Of a stretch of DNA of 64,000 nucleotides, positions 27,001 through 42,000 are shown piece by piece. Within the stretch, counting starts at the first letter, position 1. Each line of letters starts with the position of its first letter. The translations under genes were made by a program, and so were the position numbers. Source of the DNA: Phallusia mammillata (taxonomy: Eukaryota); assembly GCA_965637545.1 (NCBI GenBank), contig OZ281494.1:35836001-35900000 (forward strand), written 5' to 3'. The notes beneath the pieces were generated by a model, which was not told where the DNA came from, searched no databases, and saw only the letters and a list, made by a program, of their open reading frames with translations.

Positions 27001-30000
27001 TACGTAGTGATAAGTATACGAAAGCAGTATGTAACAAACTTGATACAAGGCGCAAAATGTCTACAATGCATGTTCAATGTATCTTAAATTTCTAGACTAG
27101 AACAAAGTAGAGAGAATTATTCCACAATATTAGGAAATACAATTTGATGCCGGGATTGTTTGTCAGTCAGATATATTTAGACTAAGAAGTTGCGATTCCT
27201 AAGTTATGAACTTTTGCAAGTTGGTGTGTAGAAATATTTTCGATGCATTGGAAGCCTCAGGCGTTCAACCAACAGACGCAATAAAACGCCATAATAATAT
27301 AATGGTTTACTTTAAATACTCAAGTTGTGGTAAAGCTTTGCAACGTGCGTGTAATTATAAAACTATTTAAACACGTTTTGAACTTTACTGTTTTTGGATG
27401 TTTTTAATTTGATAAGGCCAAAACAAAATAGTTTTAAGTAAGAAATTATATTGGGCCTTAAATTTTAATTGTTATATTTATTCTGTATTCTACTTTGCAG
27501 TTTGTTGAATAAAAGTTTAATTTTGGTTTTACTGCTAAACTTGCAATGTGCGTTTGCATGGCATTAAGTTAGTTAGGCACAAAACGATGTAAGCATTTCT
27601 TCTATAATCCTCATATAATAAAATGCAAAGCTACCATACCTATAAGTATTGTAAAGTTGTTTTACGGCGAAAAAGTTTTACCTTTTAACTTTTTTCGCTC
27701 AAGAGCCGATGGTTTTCAAGCATTTTAAATGAAAAGTTAAAATCAAACCATAATCCCGGTTCAACATTTCTTAAATTGCATAGAGAGAAGTTTGACTACA
27801 CAATTAAAGATACTTACTACACGACTTAAACAAAACATCGACATCTCAAAATCGTTTTTTTTTTCTAAAGAATTTTAACAAATTAAAAAATTTTCAGACA
27901 ACCAAACAGTTGTTGAAAAAACTGTCTCACAAACGACAAACCATTGGCTGCAACGTAAAAAAGTGAGAGAAACAAACTGCCACAAAACAATGCCGCGAAA
28001 TTTCAACCCAAGTAACTTACCGGCAGCTCTTATAATGAGAAGTATAGCAATGTTGCCAATCTTGCACAATTCCTTTTCCTCGTACGCCATACAATCAGCC
28101 ACAGCATCAACCAACACAAGTGGGTCCATGCCTGTCCCGTAACTGCCAGTCTTCGATCCATAACCTAGTAAAAATGTGGATGAAAAACTTCGACGTTGTG
28201 AAGCTAATACAAGGCTACAAGCCTGATCTCTTCGGTGTTTAAACACAGAATTCAAAAATAAATATTTGTGTTTAATTCCTGTAAATGATCGCTGACATAT
28301 TAAAAATATTTAATACCAAATTTAAAATTTAATATTTTGCTTTTTAGTCGAAGTCACGTTTTAACACCTTTCTTTGTAAATCATATTCTAAAAAATGTTG
28401 GGTCTTTGTATTTAAATCAACAACTTTAGAAACTTGCTGTTGCACATGTTCTCCTATTAAACGTAAAACTAAAAAAACATTAAATAGTCAACGTTTCCAA
28501 ATTTTCCTGAAGAAATGTTATAACAGTTGTTGCGAGAATAATCGATCAAAGTCGCCAAATATTGTGGAGATCGACTGAAATCGTTAAGTATTTTTTCACA
28601 GTTTAAAACACCAAAATTATGCGCCATTTTCAGTCCAGGTACCTCGCCCGTTAGTTGGCGGAATTAATATTTTGTTTAAAATGCGAACATCTTGTAGAAA
28701 TTGCTGTCAGCTGTGCGACGAACCAACCAACGCAACAAGCGGGTCACAAGAGCGAAAAACAAATACTTGATTACATTTTATCCCATCTCATGTCACGCGC
28801 ATGAGTTTGCAAAAACATGAAAAGTAACGACCTGATTGTCGAGGAATAATGCAAGTGCAATTTAATGTTGGTTAAATTTCATCAATCAACAGAAATCAAA
28901 CATTCTTTTCACAATAAGATTGGTGTTGTCATCTTTCTAAGATAAAATTAATCTGCCAAGATGAACCTTAAATTTTGTGAATATTTGTAGAAACGCGCAG
29001 CATCTGAGGTAAAATGGAGGAAAATCTATCTTTTAAATTTTTATCAAATTAAAAACTCTTACAGATCATTTATTCAACTATATAAAAAGTTAGTGTTTCT
29101 TTCTGAGCTGAACTTATAAAAAACAGGTTGGTAAAAATATAGCAATTGTTTTCCACACAAAATTCTTAAAAAACAACAATTAAACCACAATAAAACTAAA
29201 ACACATGCAAAGACTAGAAAAGTGGCTTTCTGATATACTTCCATTTTATATATTCTATACGACATTTACCAACTTACTACACTATACACAATTTATCTAT
29301 ATGTATGATTGTTTTTGCAAGCAAAAACAAATGGGTCCCCACACGCGCGTTTATGCGGATTTACGGTAAACCTATGTGGCGGTTATTTTTAGATTTTGTA
29401 GATCAAAGCATTAACTTAACTTTAAAAGTTTTTGTCCATATTCTTTTTGCATCATTATTGTCATATAATTACAAAAAAACGGTGAAAAAAGAACGGGAAA
29501 AATACTTTCAATTTAATCTCTTGCTTTGACCTTGATATTGTCGTTCAAGTTCAGTATTTAAACATAAATTTTCCTAGAAAGCCTTAATATATATATAAAA
29601 AAAGTCTATATAAAAAAGTCGTTTGCTACAAAGGTATACATAACAACTTGTTTTTCACTTAACTTTGTTTCGCAAAAACGACCGTTTAATGACCTTTTGA
29701 CACTGTTTTTAACAGCATGCAGTCCTCAGTGTTCAACAATACCGTTTAGCCTAATTTATACATGACTTAAGTACTGATTCTTGAATTGATTTGTCAAAAA
29801 TAAAGAAGATACGTTATGACGAAAAATTCGCAACTGTGTTGTAATGCCTACAAGTTGACCTTTAGTGACCCGTGGTTATGCGACGGCCAAGCTGACAACG
29901 AGAATTTAAAGACCATTTATCGCGGCGTTCTAAAAAGTTAAGTTTATTTTCTCATATTTATGTTGATCAACGACGTTTTGCCCGACATAAACGAAACCGA

Positions 30001-33000
30001 AGTACGTTTATTGAGATTAAATTACGTCTTAGGTGTAAAACCTTCGCCCAAACTGAAAATGCGCGTAGTAACTCAATAAAACGACACAGCATTGCTGCAC
30101 ACAAAAACAGCTGATTTCTAATCACCCAAACGACTGTCTCGTAAAACACGTCTGTCCGGACGTCAAGCTGAGCACTCCCGCTCTGCGGCCTTAATTGTAA
30201 ACCAGTGAATTCCTCCCTTGGGACTTATATCTGACTGATAGCGTACACATATTATGGGTTGTAAAGGTAACTGGCAAAATTTTAAATACTAAACGAATAG
30301 CCTGCTTTTGTTACGTTTTTATTTTGTCACCTATTTAAACAATTGTTAAAATGTTCAAATATTTCTGCACCATAGGGCTTCTGCTTTGGCAAGTATAGCC
30401 GATTTAAAAATTTCACGTTTTGGGGGGCTGTGGGTGAACCGAGGGATCAAACGGGGTCAAAATTCACATGGACCATCTTTAGACCAATATCTGTAATGTG
30501 TGTAAATTTGAAAAAGTTTAAACCATTCTTTCTTGACCAAAACTTGGGAACAAATCCGCGTTAGACGGAAAAAAAGAAAAAAAGAAAAAAGAAAAAAGAA
30601 AAAAAAATACGGACAAAAACAATATGTGTCCCCTTCAGGGAAGGGGACCCATAATTATTGAACCAAAAATCGCAAGAAATGTGTAATTAACTTAATTGAG
30701 ACGAAAATCAATGATCGAGTTTTGATTGTGATGTAACAAAATGGCGTCGTCGCGCTTGTTGAATTGTGGAAACTCGTTTTCCCGTTTGTGTGGAAGTGGA
30801 GTCAGAATGCGGAAGGATTTCATTCATAAAAAAACGCGCCACATCTATTTATAGAAACTGCAAGGACCACGTGCAAAATGGGGGATAAAATATTTGTGTT
30901 TTTGTAAGTTTCCGATTTGGGGCAAAAACTGAAGATTCAGCAAACTAGATTTTCCAAAACTGATAACTTTCACACTTTGAGGAATAAAATTGACTGGATT
31001 ATTTTAAATAAACCTTATTTGGGATCGCCAAAATAAAATCTAAATCCAGCAAAACGGCCTTGACAAAGCATTACACAACTTCTATTCAATTTGTTAAACC
31101 TGCCATGCTGATCTGCAGGAGTTTTACCAACATTTATATGGCACAGTTTACCTGACAAAATCTAGGCAATAAAGGGGTCTATGTATTAAATTAACTGCTA
31201 CAAAACCGATTAACAGAATAAAATATTTCAATAAAATTTGAAGCATTTCTTTAAACAATGAAATTCATCCGAAATCGAAAAAAAAAACGACACGCCAATA
31301 TCACAAAAACAAGTTTTTGTCCCAAAACTAAATAAATTGTGAGAAATGAAAATCAATTGTGAGAAATAAATTGTAAAAACTTTTACATCCGGGTTACTTA
31401 CCGAGCAAACCGTGTTGTTTCTGGTACTTGTCAGTTGTTGGAAATGGTCCAGCCTGTTGTGTGATGGCACAAAACGTATAGTGACGCACAATGTGGGCAA
31501 CAAAGGGCAATGCTACGTTACGTAGATCCTTTATGACAGCACACACTAAAAACAATAAAAGGAAGGTTTAATTCATGCCCATTGTCAGGCCATTGTTACA
31601 ATTTAAACCAACTTAATCATATGAGGAGAAACATATTCTAAGCTTGCAAGTGTTTAATCACTCTACAACCAATAATTTTGTGCGTAATATGGTTTAAACT
31701 GTTCTCCTAATCCAATTTTAACGCTGTTTTTAAATTTAATACGAACTTGAGATTCTTATGCAAAAGAGTCGAACAAGAATAGTTGTAATTTTCCGGCAAA
31801 AAAAACTTTATTAGATCATCGAAAGCTTTAAACACGAAATTTATTTATATACTGACGAAAATTTTACAAAAATGGGACATTTCTGATAAATATGACCAAA
31901 CTGTAGTCGTTCTAAAATCCACAAAATCAGACACTCAGTGCTCAAAGTGTGCTGCTTTTTCCCGCCTTTTCAGTCACGACATTTTCTTTCATCTCTCTTT
32001 GATTTTTCAAACATGTTATTACTACCACTCGACCTATCTTGTGAATTTCACTAACGTTTGTAACATATTTCTTGTGGAACCACCAACTAACCACCAAGTA
32101 AGACGTATTTTTACACTATATATTTGTCTGATATTCCAATATTTTCTAAACAAAAAACATGTTACTAATTTTGTCTATTTCTGGAATAAAACGTCTTTAA
32201 TTTCTTCTTAGAGTCGCATAAAACCGACCACTGATATGATATCACACTGACAATTTATTTTTATTTCTGCGCTCGTCCGGGTGTTGGACTCCAAAAGGTT
32301 GCTCAACCACTGCTTCTATGAAACATCGGGCCCTGCTTTCTCGAGTTAAGTCTGGCTTCAGTCTGTGGGACGAAAACCACGCAAGTCGCGTCGACGAACA
32401 GAGGAAGTTACTACGCCCTGTGTGTTGTGGGCGCAGCAGCCTCGTGAAGTCTTGTGTTTATAAACGGTCTCGCTGGAATCAAGCGTATAGACAAACTACT
32501 GCAAATTTATCGTTGTATTTTGCTGCCTAATACTTCTGTGGAAAAGGTTTAGTTTTAACGCTGCCTAAAAGTTGTGCAAATTAACTTTATGATACATATA
32601 TGTGATGTAGTATTTCCTAAATACCTAACTTTGCCTTAAACTATGATGAAATCAATTCTATTCTTGTAAAAAGGTTTGGGAACATTACATAAAACAGTTG
32701 CATTGTCAAAAGCACTCAAAATGTTTACGTATCAACTGATTTAAGTTTGTGTTGTATTTTCGGAAACACTGTTGTGGTAAACAATTTTTATGTACTAATC
32801 CAGCAACCCCTAACCGCTGACAGCACGAAACTGCTTCGTAATAGCTCAGTACTTCACCTTGGAAGCGTCAAATATCTCGACATTCCAATCTTTACGAGCC
32901 CAAACAAACCCACGAAGCGAGCACGCGGTCGCCAACCGAACCGACCAATCACAGACGCTCACGTGACCGTAGTGAAACAACGCCCACCCTACGTCACGAG

Positions 33001-36000
33001 TGTAGCGGTGGAAAAACAAGGGGTTACTATAGGTCAGTGTATCGACTGCAGAGAGCGACGCTCAAGTATTGAAAGCTTCAAATCCAAATATAGCCGCTTC
33101 TGCACTTTGTGTGATTAGATATTTGACCTACATCTATATTCGTGCAAATTTTATGCCTAGTTTGTTCGATTCTTGGACGTTGTGATTTTCATATATTATT
33201 TGTAAACAAATTTGCAAACATGTATCAGAAGTAGGTCAAGCACTTTGTAATGATTGTGTCAAATATTTCACATTACTGCATTTAATATACATTTCACACA
33301 ACTTGTGTTATCATGAGTAGAATCTATATTCAAACACCAAACTTCTTTCGCAGACATTTCAGACCAGTCAGCGTTGAGAAATGCGAACAATTTGGTGGAA
33401 CATTTTAGTGAAGCCACATCGTGTCGCGCTTGAGTGGTTCGCAGTTATTGGGTTAAGGTTGTTTTGTTGCGAAAGTTGTGACCTCGTTTTCTGCCATCGG
33501 CTATTCAAGCCATTTCCAAACCAGCAAATTTAATTGGGCGAATTTATACAACATGACAGATTATTATTATTATATATATATATATATATATATTGTGGTT
33601 GTATATTGGTCCTAATTACTGGTTTGTCAAGTTCCGACATGTTTTTGTCACAACCAAGCATTAAACAGAGAAAAATATAAGATTACAATTAAAATTTTGT
33701 CAGAAAACAGAACAGTTTGTCGAAAACCATCATTTTTGAATTCGGAAGGAAACAATTATCGTCAACTTATACCAAAGAATTTTAGGTAACTTCGTATATT
33801 GAATCGTGAACTTGAATCATTTAGTTGTATGTATAAACTGAAACCATCAAGTTTATTGTCTGTTTAGTAAAACGACTAAAAGACAATTATAAACCTGATG
33901 GTTTCAGTTAAGCTTTTGAGATCAAGAATCTCACAACTAAATTTACAAACTTAAAAAAAAAACGCAACAAAAAACCCAAAACATCAAATTTAACATTCAA
34001 CGTGAATTCAACAACGCGAAAAAATGGTGAAGTATGCAGCAGTGTTGTGAAACAACTGTTGCAAATCTAATGTTTGAACTTATAGCATGTTGAAAACTTC
34101 AAACAGGTCAAAAATTTAACATTCTCCTGTGCATTCATGAAAATTGAAAAAAAGTATGCAGTAGAGTTGTAGACATGGAATGCGAGACGAGGTCGGTTAC
34201 TGATTGACTTCAGGTAATTTTAGACTTTCCAGCGATCGAACCAAACCCGTAAACAAGACGGGACTTTCCAGACGTTGTCACGCTTGATCGGGTACAAGTC
34301 TGCAGTTGTGTTGAAGCGGTCGGGTTGGTTTGAACTTTGTACGTCGTTACGGTGTACTCGGGGTTTATTTGACGTGAAACTTATTTGTTACTGGTGCAAA
34401 TGTTAAGGGTTTAATAAGTGAATATGTTGGTTATTAAACAGAAAAAGAGGTTTACTTGGTACAAATTTGGTAGATTATTTTCGTTTCATTTAGTCGGTTT
34501 ATTTTCGGGTACAATTGTGTGATTTACTTGTAGACAAGTTTTTGGGGATTACTTTCTGTCAGTTTTATGGGTTACTCTGGTACAATTGTTGGCCTTGCCT
34601 TGGGTAAACTTCAGGGTTACTAGAGATTATTTTGTGGGTTACTCTGGGTCCATTTTGTGGTTTTATAGAGATTATGTTGGGGGTTATTCACAGTAATTTT
34701 GTTGTCAATTTGCAAGTTATAGTGTCTTCAGGTAAAATAAATGTCGTCTTAATAATGTGCTTAAATATAACGAACACTGCAATGTTGGTTACTTTTTCAA
34801 CTGGAATTCTCCCAGCAAAGAATCAATCAAGCGAAGATTAACGTTGCAAAGTGTTCAATGTTAAACAAATGTTTTCTCAGACTCATTTAACTGCATGAGC
34901 TCTCATGACAACAATAACAGAATACCTTGGAATAATCTGCACTTTCTAACATTTTAACTTTCAATATTATTCGGCTAGTGGTGTGTTTGAGCAAAACATA
35001 TCTTCAAAAGCTTTGACTGCACCAACTAACTACACTGTTTCACAGCATTACATGTCTCAATCTCTACGTAGCTGTACGCCGGTCAACTTACTGAACATGG
35101 CAGTGAGTGCTTGCTTAAAAGCGCCTCTGGTGACGGAATCGTTGCACTTGTACAATCCGCTAGCTGGCACTCGTGGGTAATCTCCGCTTCGGAAGGACGG
35201 GTGTTGGAGAAGATGTGAGAAATTATCGCGGTTGTCGCCGGTGTTGATCATCCCGACCTGAAAATTACGAGGCGTTAAAAAGCCATAGGTTCGGTGTTCA
35301 AATCTGGATACAACCTTCTGGTGCGCGTTTAACGTTCATCAAATTGTGCCTCATAAGTTAACGTGGCGAAGCTATTTCAGGTTTGGTGATTATTTAAATG
35401 CTGTTGTTTCGTATCTATACATTCTAACGTACTGGATGAATTTATTGTGTATTTACAGGTACACTGGCACTGGTTTTCAGTTTTATTTAGGTAATGATGG
35501 TTCAACTTTGCTTACATTTGAGCTACACCACATGTCCTAATGCGCCAACCTCACCCTTCAAATGTGAGACACAACGCTTGTAGTAACGATGCAGCTGCAG
35601 CGCGTTTGCCATCCGTCCACTAGTTGTGTACTCTGCTTAGTCGCGCTTTATAACGCCTGAACGTTACGCAGCTATTTCCGGTTCGGTGAATGTTTTAGCA
35701 CAATTGTGCTGCTACGATTTATATCACGGCGAAATAAACTCAACATACAAATATATTTGAAGATGCTGTTTTACAACCAAGCAATTTTGGTTGACCACAA
35801 GTTATATTTTATGTGGTGCATAAAAGACAAAATATATATAGTTACCAGAAAGCTTTTGATAACTTCGAAAGATTGTCTTCTGTAGTAGGGCTCAGTGTGG
35901 GGACTTTTGAGACACTTAAGGGCGCTAGAGATGATTTCTTGAAACTAAAAACACATAAAAGAGAGTTATAAGTCGGACCGGACTTTTCGGGCCAGGTTCG

Positions 36001-39000
36001 GGCTTAGGTTTCTCTAAAAAGGACTTGATTCGGGCCTGACTTTACACTCTGAGTCAGTGTTATTTGTATAAATTTAACCAGCTAAGTAGCCAGTTGCTGG
36101 ACCTGACCTAATGTCAAACAGCCCTAAAACATCTTGTTCAAAACCAATTGTCCTTTATTGTCCACTGCGTTTGTTGTCTTGGTCTTTCCTTAGGCTTTAA
36201 TGTATGGGCCTATCAAACAAACTTTAGCGCCTAAACAGGTTTCTCAGAAACTATAAGGGTTCTGGCCCATTTATAACTCTGGTCTGTGTATCGGGTTTCT
36301 AATTATACTCACAGGTAACAAAACAGGAGACTTCGACTCATTGAACTGAATTTTTAAACAAGGTCCAATCGAATCAGAGTCGTCGAAATCGAGACTTTGA
36401 GCTTCCTTCAACATTTTTCTGTTCGAGCCTCCAAACTTTCCCAGGACTCGGAAAGCAACATGAGCGATATCGTCCGAAGGGTTTCGAAGTGTTCTCCATA
36501 AAGCTTGCATCAGTTCAGCACGGACAGGCTAAAGAGGAAAGTTGATTTAAAAAGTAAATAACGAAAATTTTTGAAACTTCTCTCGTCTGTCGTTTCGTGC
36601 ATTGTTTGCAAAAGAAGAACAATTTGATTAAAATCAAAAGTTATTTAAAACGTTTAAAAGAGAGACAACATAACCCAGTTTTTCACAAGATCAGGCTGAA
36701 ATAAAACACAAGACAAGATACACAACTATTTGAACACAAAATAGGTAATATCTCTGATCACTGTGACATCATAATACCTGTATGTGATCATAAAGGAAAT
36801 CTGGTTGCAAATTGTCCACACACAATTCAAGTGTTCTTAGTCCCTGGAAAACAAAGCATGCCGTATGTTAGTTAAAGACTTCTTCGCTTTAGATGCACAA
36901 CGTCATATGTTTGTTGTAATACAAGTATTGCTCATCCAGCAGTTTTATTGTAAATAATCGACGTTTCAACGTCCCATACCCCAAATCTATAGCTTTACAA
37001 CCTAATCCCCCTTACTTGTGTGATTAGAGTTTGGGATCCGTTTAACGCTGACACGAGCGGATCCATCAGCATGGGAAGATAGGGAAGTAGAGAGCTGAGT
37101 CGAACGGGAACGGTGAGACAAAGTTCGACAAATAAATCCTTCATATGTTGTTTGTGTAAACCACTCTGCAGACTGTTCAAACCTGGAAAATACAAAGTAG
37201 ATAACTACAAACTGATACTATTTAGTCACCCATTCAAGGGTCAGTAATAAGTTTCACAAGTCGTTAACCCAATTTTTGTGTAACAAGGTTTAGCGGACGT
37301 TTGTATTGTTTTTAACAAGGAAACTTGTTTTGAATGATTTTCAAACTGTCCACACTATGTTCTTTATATTTTTTTTATACATCCCTTGTCGGAGTTCAGA
37401 TTTAATTTATCTTCAAGTTTCATCACCCCACTGTTACACATGACTTTGACTTTGCTTCTCCATTTTCATCCCCCAATTTTGCAAAACTGATTTATTGAGT
37501 GCAAATTTGCCTCAGAAAACCTCTGTATTAGAAGGAAAGTCAATAATTATTGGATAACAAATTTAACCTTGCAATAAGTTTGGGAGCAGAGGAAGAAACT
37601 CCTGATAAAGTGAATCGTGACTTCCACCTCCAATCGATCGGAACAAAGCTCGGAGTAGGAGGAAATAATTGTAGGGATCTTGTGCAGTGTTTGCGAGTGA
37701 CATCGATTTGGTGACAATCGTGTGGAGATGAGGCTTCAACATTTGTTCATTCTCGTTCGCAAACAATGATACAGACCCAAACACAAGCTGTAATCATACG
37801 TTTGTTATTAACATGACCCTGTGTTTGAGGTGTGAACATGTAGTTAATAAAACTTAAAAGCTAGTTTGCTGTTAACTGATTTTTGAGTCATGATCATTTC
37901 CTGAATCAGTTAGACTCAGTTACATTCCTACTATGAGAGGGACAGATCATGTAGAAAGCATTTTTTCCTGAAAGTTTAGTAGACCAGAAAAATGGAGAAA
38001 TATGTTTGTTTTTTTAATTTTTTGCATCAAATACGTTGGCAAACACAAATTTTTAACTGGGATCAGCCCTGAACCGTTTATGCAGACCAGTGTGGTGAAT
38101 TTTTGGTGACTGGCTGATTCGGTATGGCGCCTTCAATAAGCCAGGCATACTGTGACAAATATGTTGGTAATACTAAAATTAGGATAAGTTTTATTACAGA
38201 AACACCAAGGCCTTTGCAAGATTGCTTTGTAATAAAGTGGCACAAAATGACAGGTTACTTGTGCCAGAAAATAACATAACTAAAAAAAAAACTACTCAAG
38301 CCTCTTTCACCTTAAACAGTTTCAGATACAGGTTTGATTTTTCCCCCGGGATTCCCATTGCTTCCAATCTTTCAAGCAAATATTCGACGAGAATTGTTGC
38401 AAATGTTGCAGAAGTGTGGGGGCTCGCAAGGAATGAGTTTGCTACAATCTTCGACAAAAAATAATTGGATCAGAAAAATCATTTGGATTGGAAAATAGCT
38501 TTTTCCTGCCTTTAATCCAACAAGTCTTAACCTATTTACCATTGACAAACCATGTAAACCAGGTTAAAAAAACATCAACTCTTTAATTTTAAAAACATTT
38601 TGCCAGTTTTTTTTTGCAATTGACCAAAAAATGTGATTATTTACTTTTAAACATATATTGCATTTGTACATAATAAAATAAAGTATGCAATTATCTGATA
38701 TGCAAATAACTGATTTTTTCTTTCATTTAACCACAATCTAACCTGCAGAGCGTAATTATTGTGAATCCTCTCGACAACATAATCGATAGTTGCTGAGAAA
38801 ATCTCTCTAAACGTGAGGGGATTCATCATCGTGAAAACTCCGGCAAAATGTTCAAGAACCTCTTTCTCCTCTTTAACCCTCATCGGATGCGAGTTTGCAG
38901 CTCGAACTGTCGTTTGGCCGGTTGAACTTACTGTTATCTGGAAATATTCATTTTCTCTCAAATACATTTAAATTATTTTCATATAGCACAAAACCTTTTT

Positions 39001-42000
39001 TTTTTTTTTTTTTTTCATATTTACCAAAACAAGAAAAGCAAATACTGAGATATATTTTATGCATTTTTAAAAATTACAAAGCTGTCCAGTTGCTTTAAAA
39101 GTGTTCAGTCAATAACTTCTGTAGTCAATAATTTTATGTTTTTAACAGAACCCCTACTGTTACCAACATAACAGCCCAATTGAGCCAACGCAGTAAAACC
39201 AGTAAAACTATTTATTATAGTGTAGAAGTTCAGTAATTAATAAAAAACAACAAAAAATCAGTAATTTACCTGATAAATATCCAAAGCTTTCAGTGCGTAT
39301 TGCACAAGTTTGACAAACAGTGCCGTCTCCTCCGGTAAAAACTGTTTATTGGATGAGACGAGGGGACTTATTAGTGTTGTTCCGCTCGCATCTTTGATTG
39401 TAGCTCCCTTGAATGATCCGGCACCCCATGTAATGGTTTTCACGCCACAAACCAGACTTTTCACCAAACTCCGACAATCCGTCACTGTCACGTTGCTCAG
39501 TGGCTTGTTGTCATCTGAAACACAATAGAAAAAAATAGAAATACATAAACTTCCAAATATTTATTCATAAACATCATGTAGCTATGACCTAAATAAAACA
39601 ATCATATGTGTTTATAACGAGTATTTAACAAAATAATATAATATCTCTACCCTATATATATTTTGTTGCAAAACATGCTTTTTACCTGATTTTAGTTTCT
39701 TGTCAACTTCTGGAATTTTGGCCCCAGGAAGTGGGGTTGAAGGGGTTGGGGTTAGGGAGAAACCCACTTGACTTGTTGGGGTCGGTGGAGGCTGGAAAAA
39801 TGGAAAATTTTTTTTTAAGTCCCAAAAAATCATTCAGGTTTGGAAAAATGTAATTTGTAATTTTTCTTGCCCAATTTCATTTGAACCAACAAAAAAACAA
39901 AAGCATTACATGTTTAGAGTGAGGTGGAACATAAAAAAGCACAAAACATCTTGCAACACACTACAGGAAACAGGTACTGATAGAGTGTAGCCAAAATATA
40001 CAACAAGTTTGCAACCAACAAAATTGCCTTAGAAAATAACACATATAAACAGTGTGTAGTATTTTATGCAATCACGAGTCACCAGAGACTCAGTACGAGA
40101 GATGGAGACAACAGTCGTGTATAATAACACACTGAAAATAATACATGAATAAAACAAATTTCCTCACCCCTGGAGTTTGTGGTGTGTCTGCTTGCGTTGA
40201 AGTTGTAGCAGCTGTAGCTGGGGTTGTGGCTGTAGTGGATGTAGTTTCACCCGCGCTCTGTTTGCATTTAGCGAACAAAACTGGGAGGACGTGTTTTGTG
40301 ATCGTTCGAAATTTCAGAACAAAAACTTCCAACATTTTCATCAAAATCTCTCGGCCTTGTTGCTGTAAAAAAAATTTAAAACCAAGAAAATGAAAAATGT
40401 GTCAACTTTGTTCATTTCATCTAATGACAAGTTAACAGTTTAATTTGTTTGTAAGACTAAATTTTAACTATTCTCAAGTTACTGAAAAAAATCTCAAATC
40501 ATTTGGCAACAGTTTTTTAAAATCCAAATTTATAAGATCTTGTGTGAAATAAAATGTTTTGCTACTACCTTCTAAGATATATATTTTATAGTTGCAAGCA
40601 GATCCATGCATTGCACTTTCAAAAGTTGGTGTTTATGCAATCAGGTAGAATCTTATAAATGTTCGAAACTCACCGGACATTTCTCTGTCTCACTCTTCTT
40701 TGTAATTCCTTCCACCAGATGCAGAAGCAGTTTGCATGAGATGGTTTGAAACGCGCTTGTCAACGAATCATCGTGAACATTTTTAGAAAAGAGATGAACA
40801 GCAGATGACAACTGGATCATATAAAATTGAAAAATTCACACAATTATTATCCACTATTGATCAAATTTATTCCAAATTGGTCATTATAAACAGGCTGTAT
40901 GCTAAATTTTTGTATTTTTAGTTTACATAAATTATTCTATTATTTGCAATTGTCAATATGTTCAGAAATTCAAAAGTTGAAATTGGAAACTCTTTACTGC
41001 CAAACTTACAGAGCTACATTATTCAGCAAAATAAAACCGAGGTTTGTTTAAATTAAAGTGTTAACAATTGATTCAAATAAATATTGAATCTTTGGGAATA
41101 ACCTGTGACAATGAAAGTTGCCCACAAACTTGATGAGTAACATCAGCTAATGTGCTGTACGCCAAAATCCTTAGAGTTTCACGAGCTGACCAGCCTGAAC
41201 CAATCAAAATATCCTCATTCAACAATCTGTCCATATGGGGGACGAAACCTGAAAATAGATAAATCAGTCAATATTAACACAATACGGCATCTTAAATGGT
41301 TTTAAATTACAAAAATAACTGATTATAGTTGACCGGGTGATCCCTGTATGTGTATTTTCACCTAAGCTAACAAAAATATCTGAAACCGAAATGTGTAAAC
41401 AATACAAAAATGACATGGGTCAAATAGCTGGATAATTGTGTTGTAGAACTTTCATAGACACAATCTGACCAGCAGGATTTGATTTTGATTTCCAAAACAC
41501 AGTTTGAAACACATAAAGGTGCTCAGACTTCACAACTCCCATACAGACACACAATTGGAGTAGCAATAACTTGTCATAATTAGCAAGGTTAACATACGTG
41601 ATTTAAGATCAGTTGCAAGAATATGTCGAACAGCGATCAACAATTCCTTGCGGAGTGAAGCGACCTCCGGTGTGCAGTTTGTCAGTAGTTGAAGCATCGC
41701 TTGAACCATTTCGTTTGAATACTGTATGATGTTTTCCTGAAATGCAACGTAATATGAAATATGTTCAAGGTATAGCGCAATGTTTTTAACCCTAAGTCTG
41801 TGTACCTATCTGAGTCTGTTAAATGTTTTTATGAGATTTTTGTGTATTATCTAGCAGCAACATTTATTCAGTTAGACTAAATTGATGTAAATGTTTTTCA
41901 TAAACACAAAGTTGTGGTTCTGATGCCTCACCCCCCAATCATTTCAACAGGTTCTAGTAGAAAACACCAACTTAAGAAAAACATAAACATATAAAAAAAG

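Noticed and set aside
30741-30854. Nested gene starting ATGGCGTCGTCG
   Set aside because: Only 37 codons to a stop with no convincing donor; more likely a YY1-type motif.
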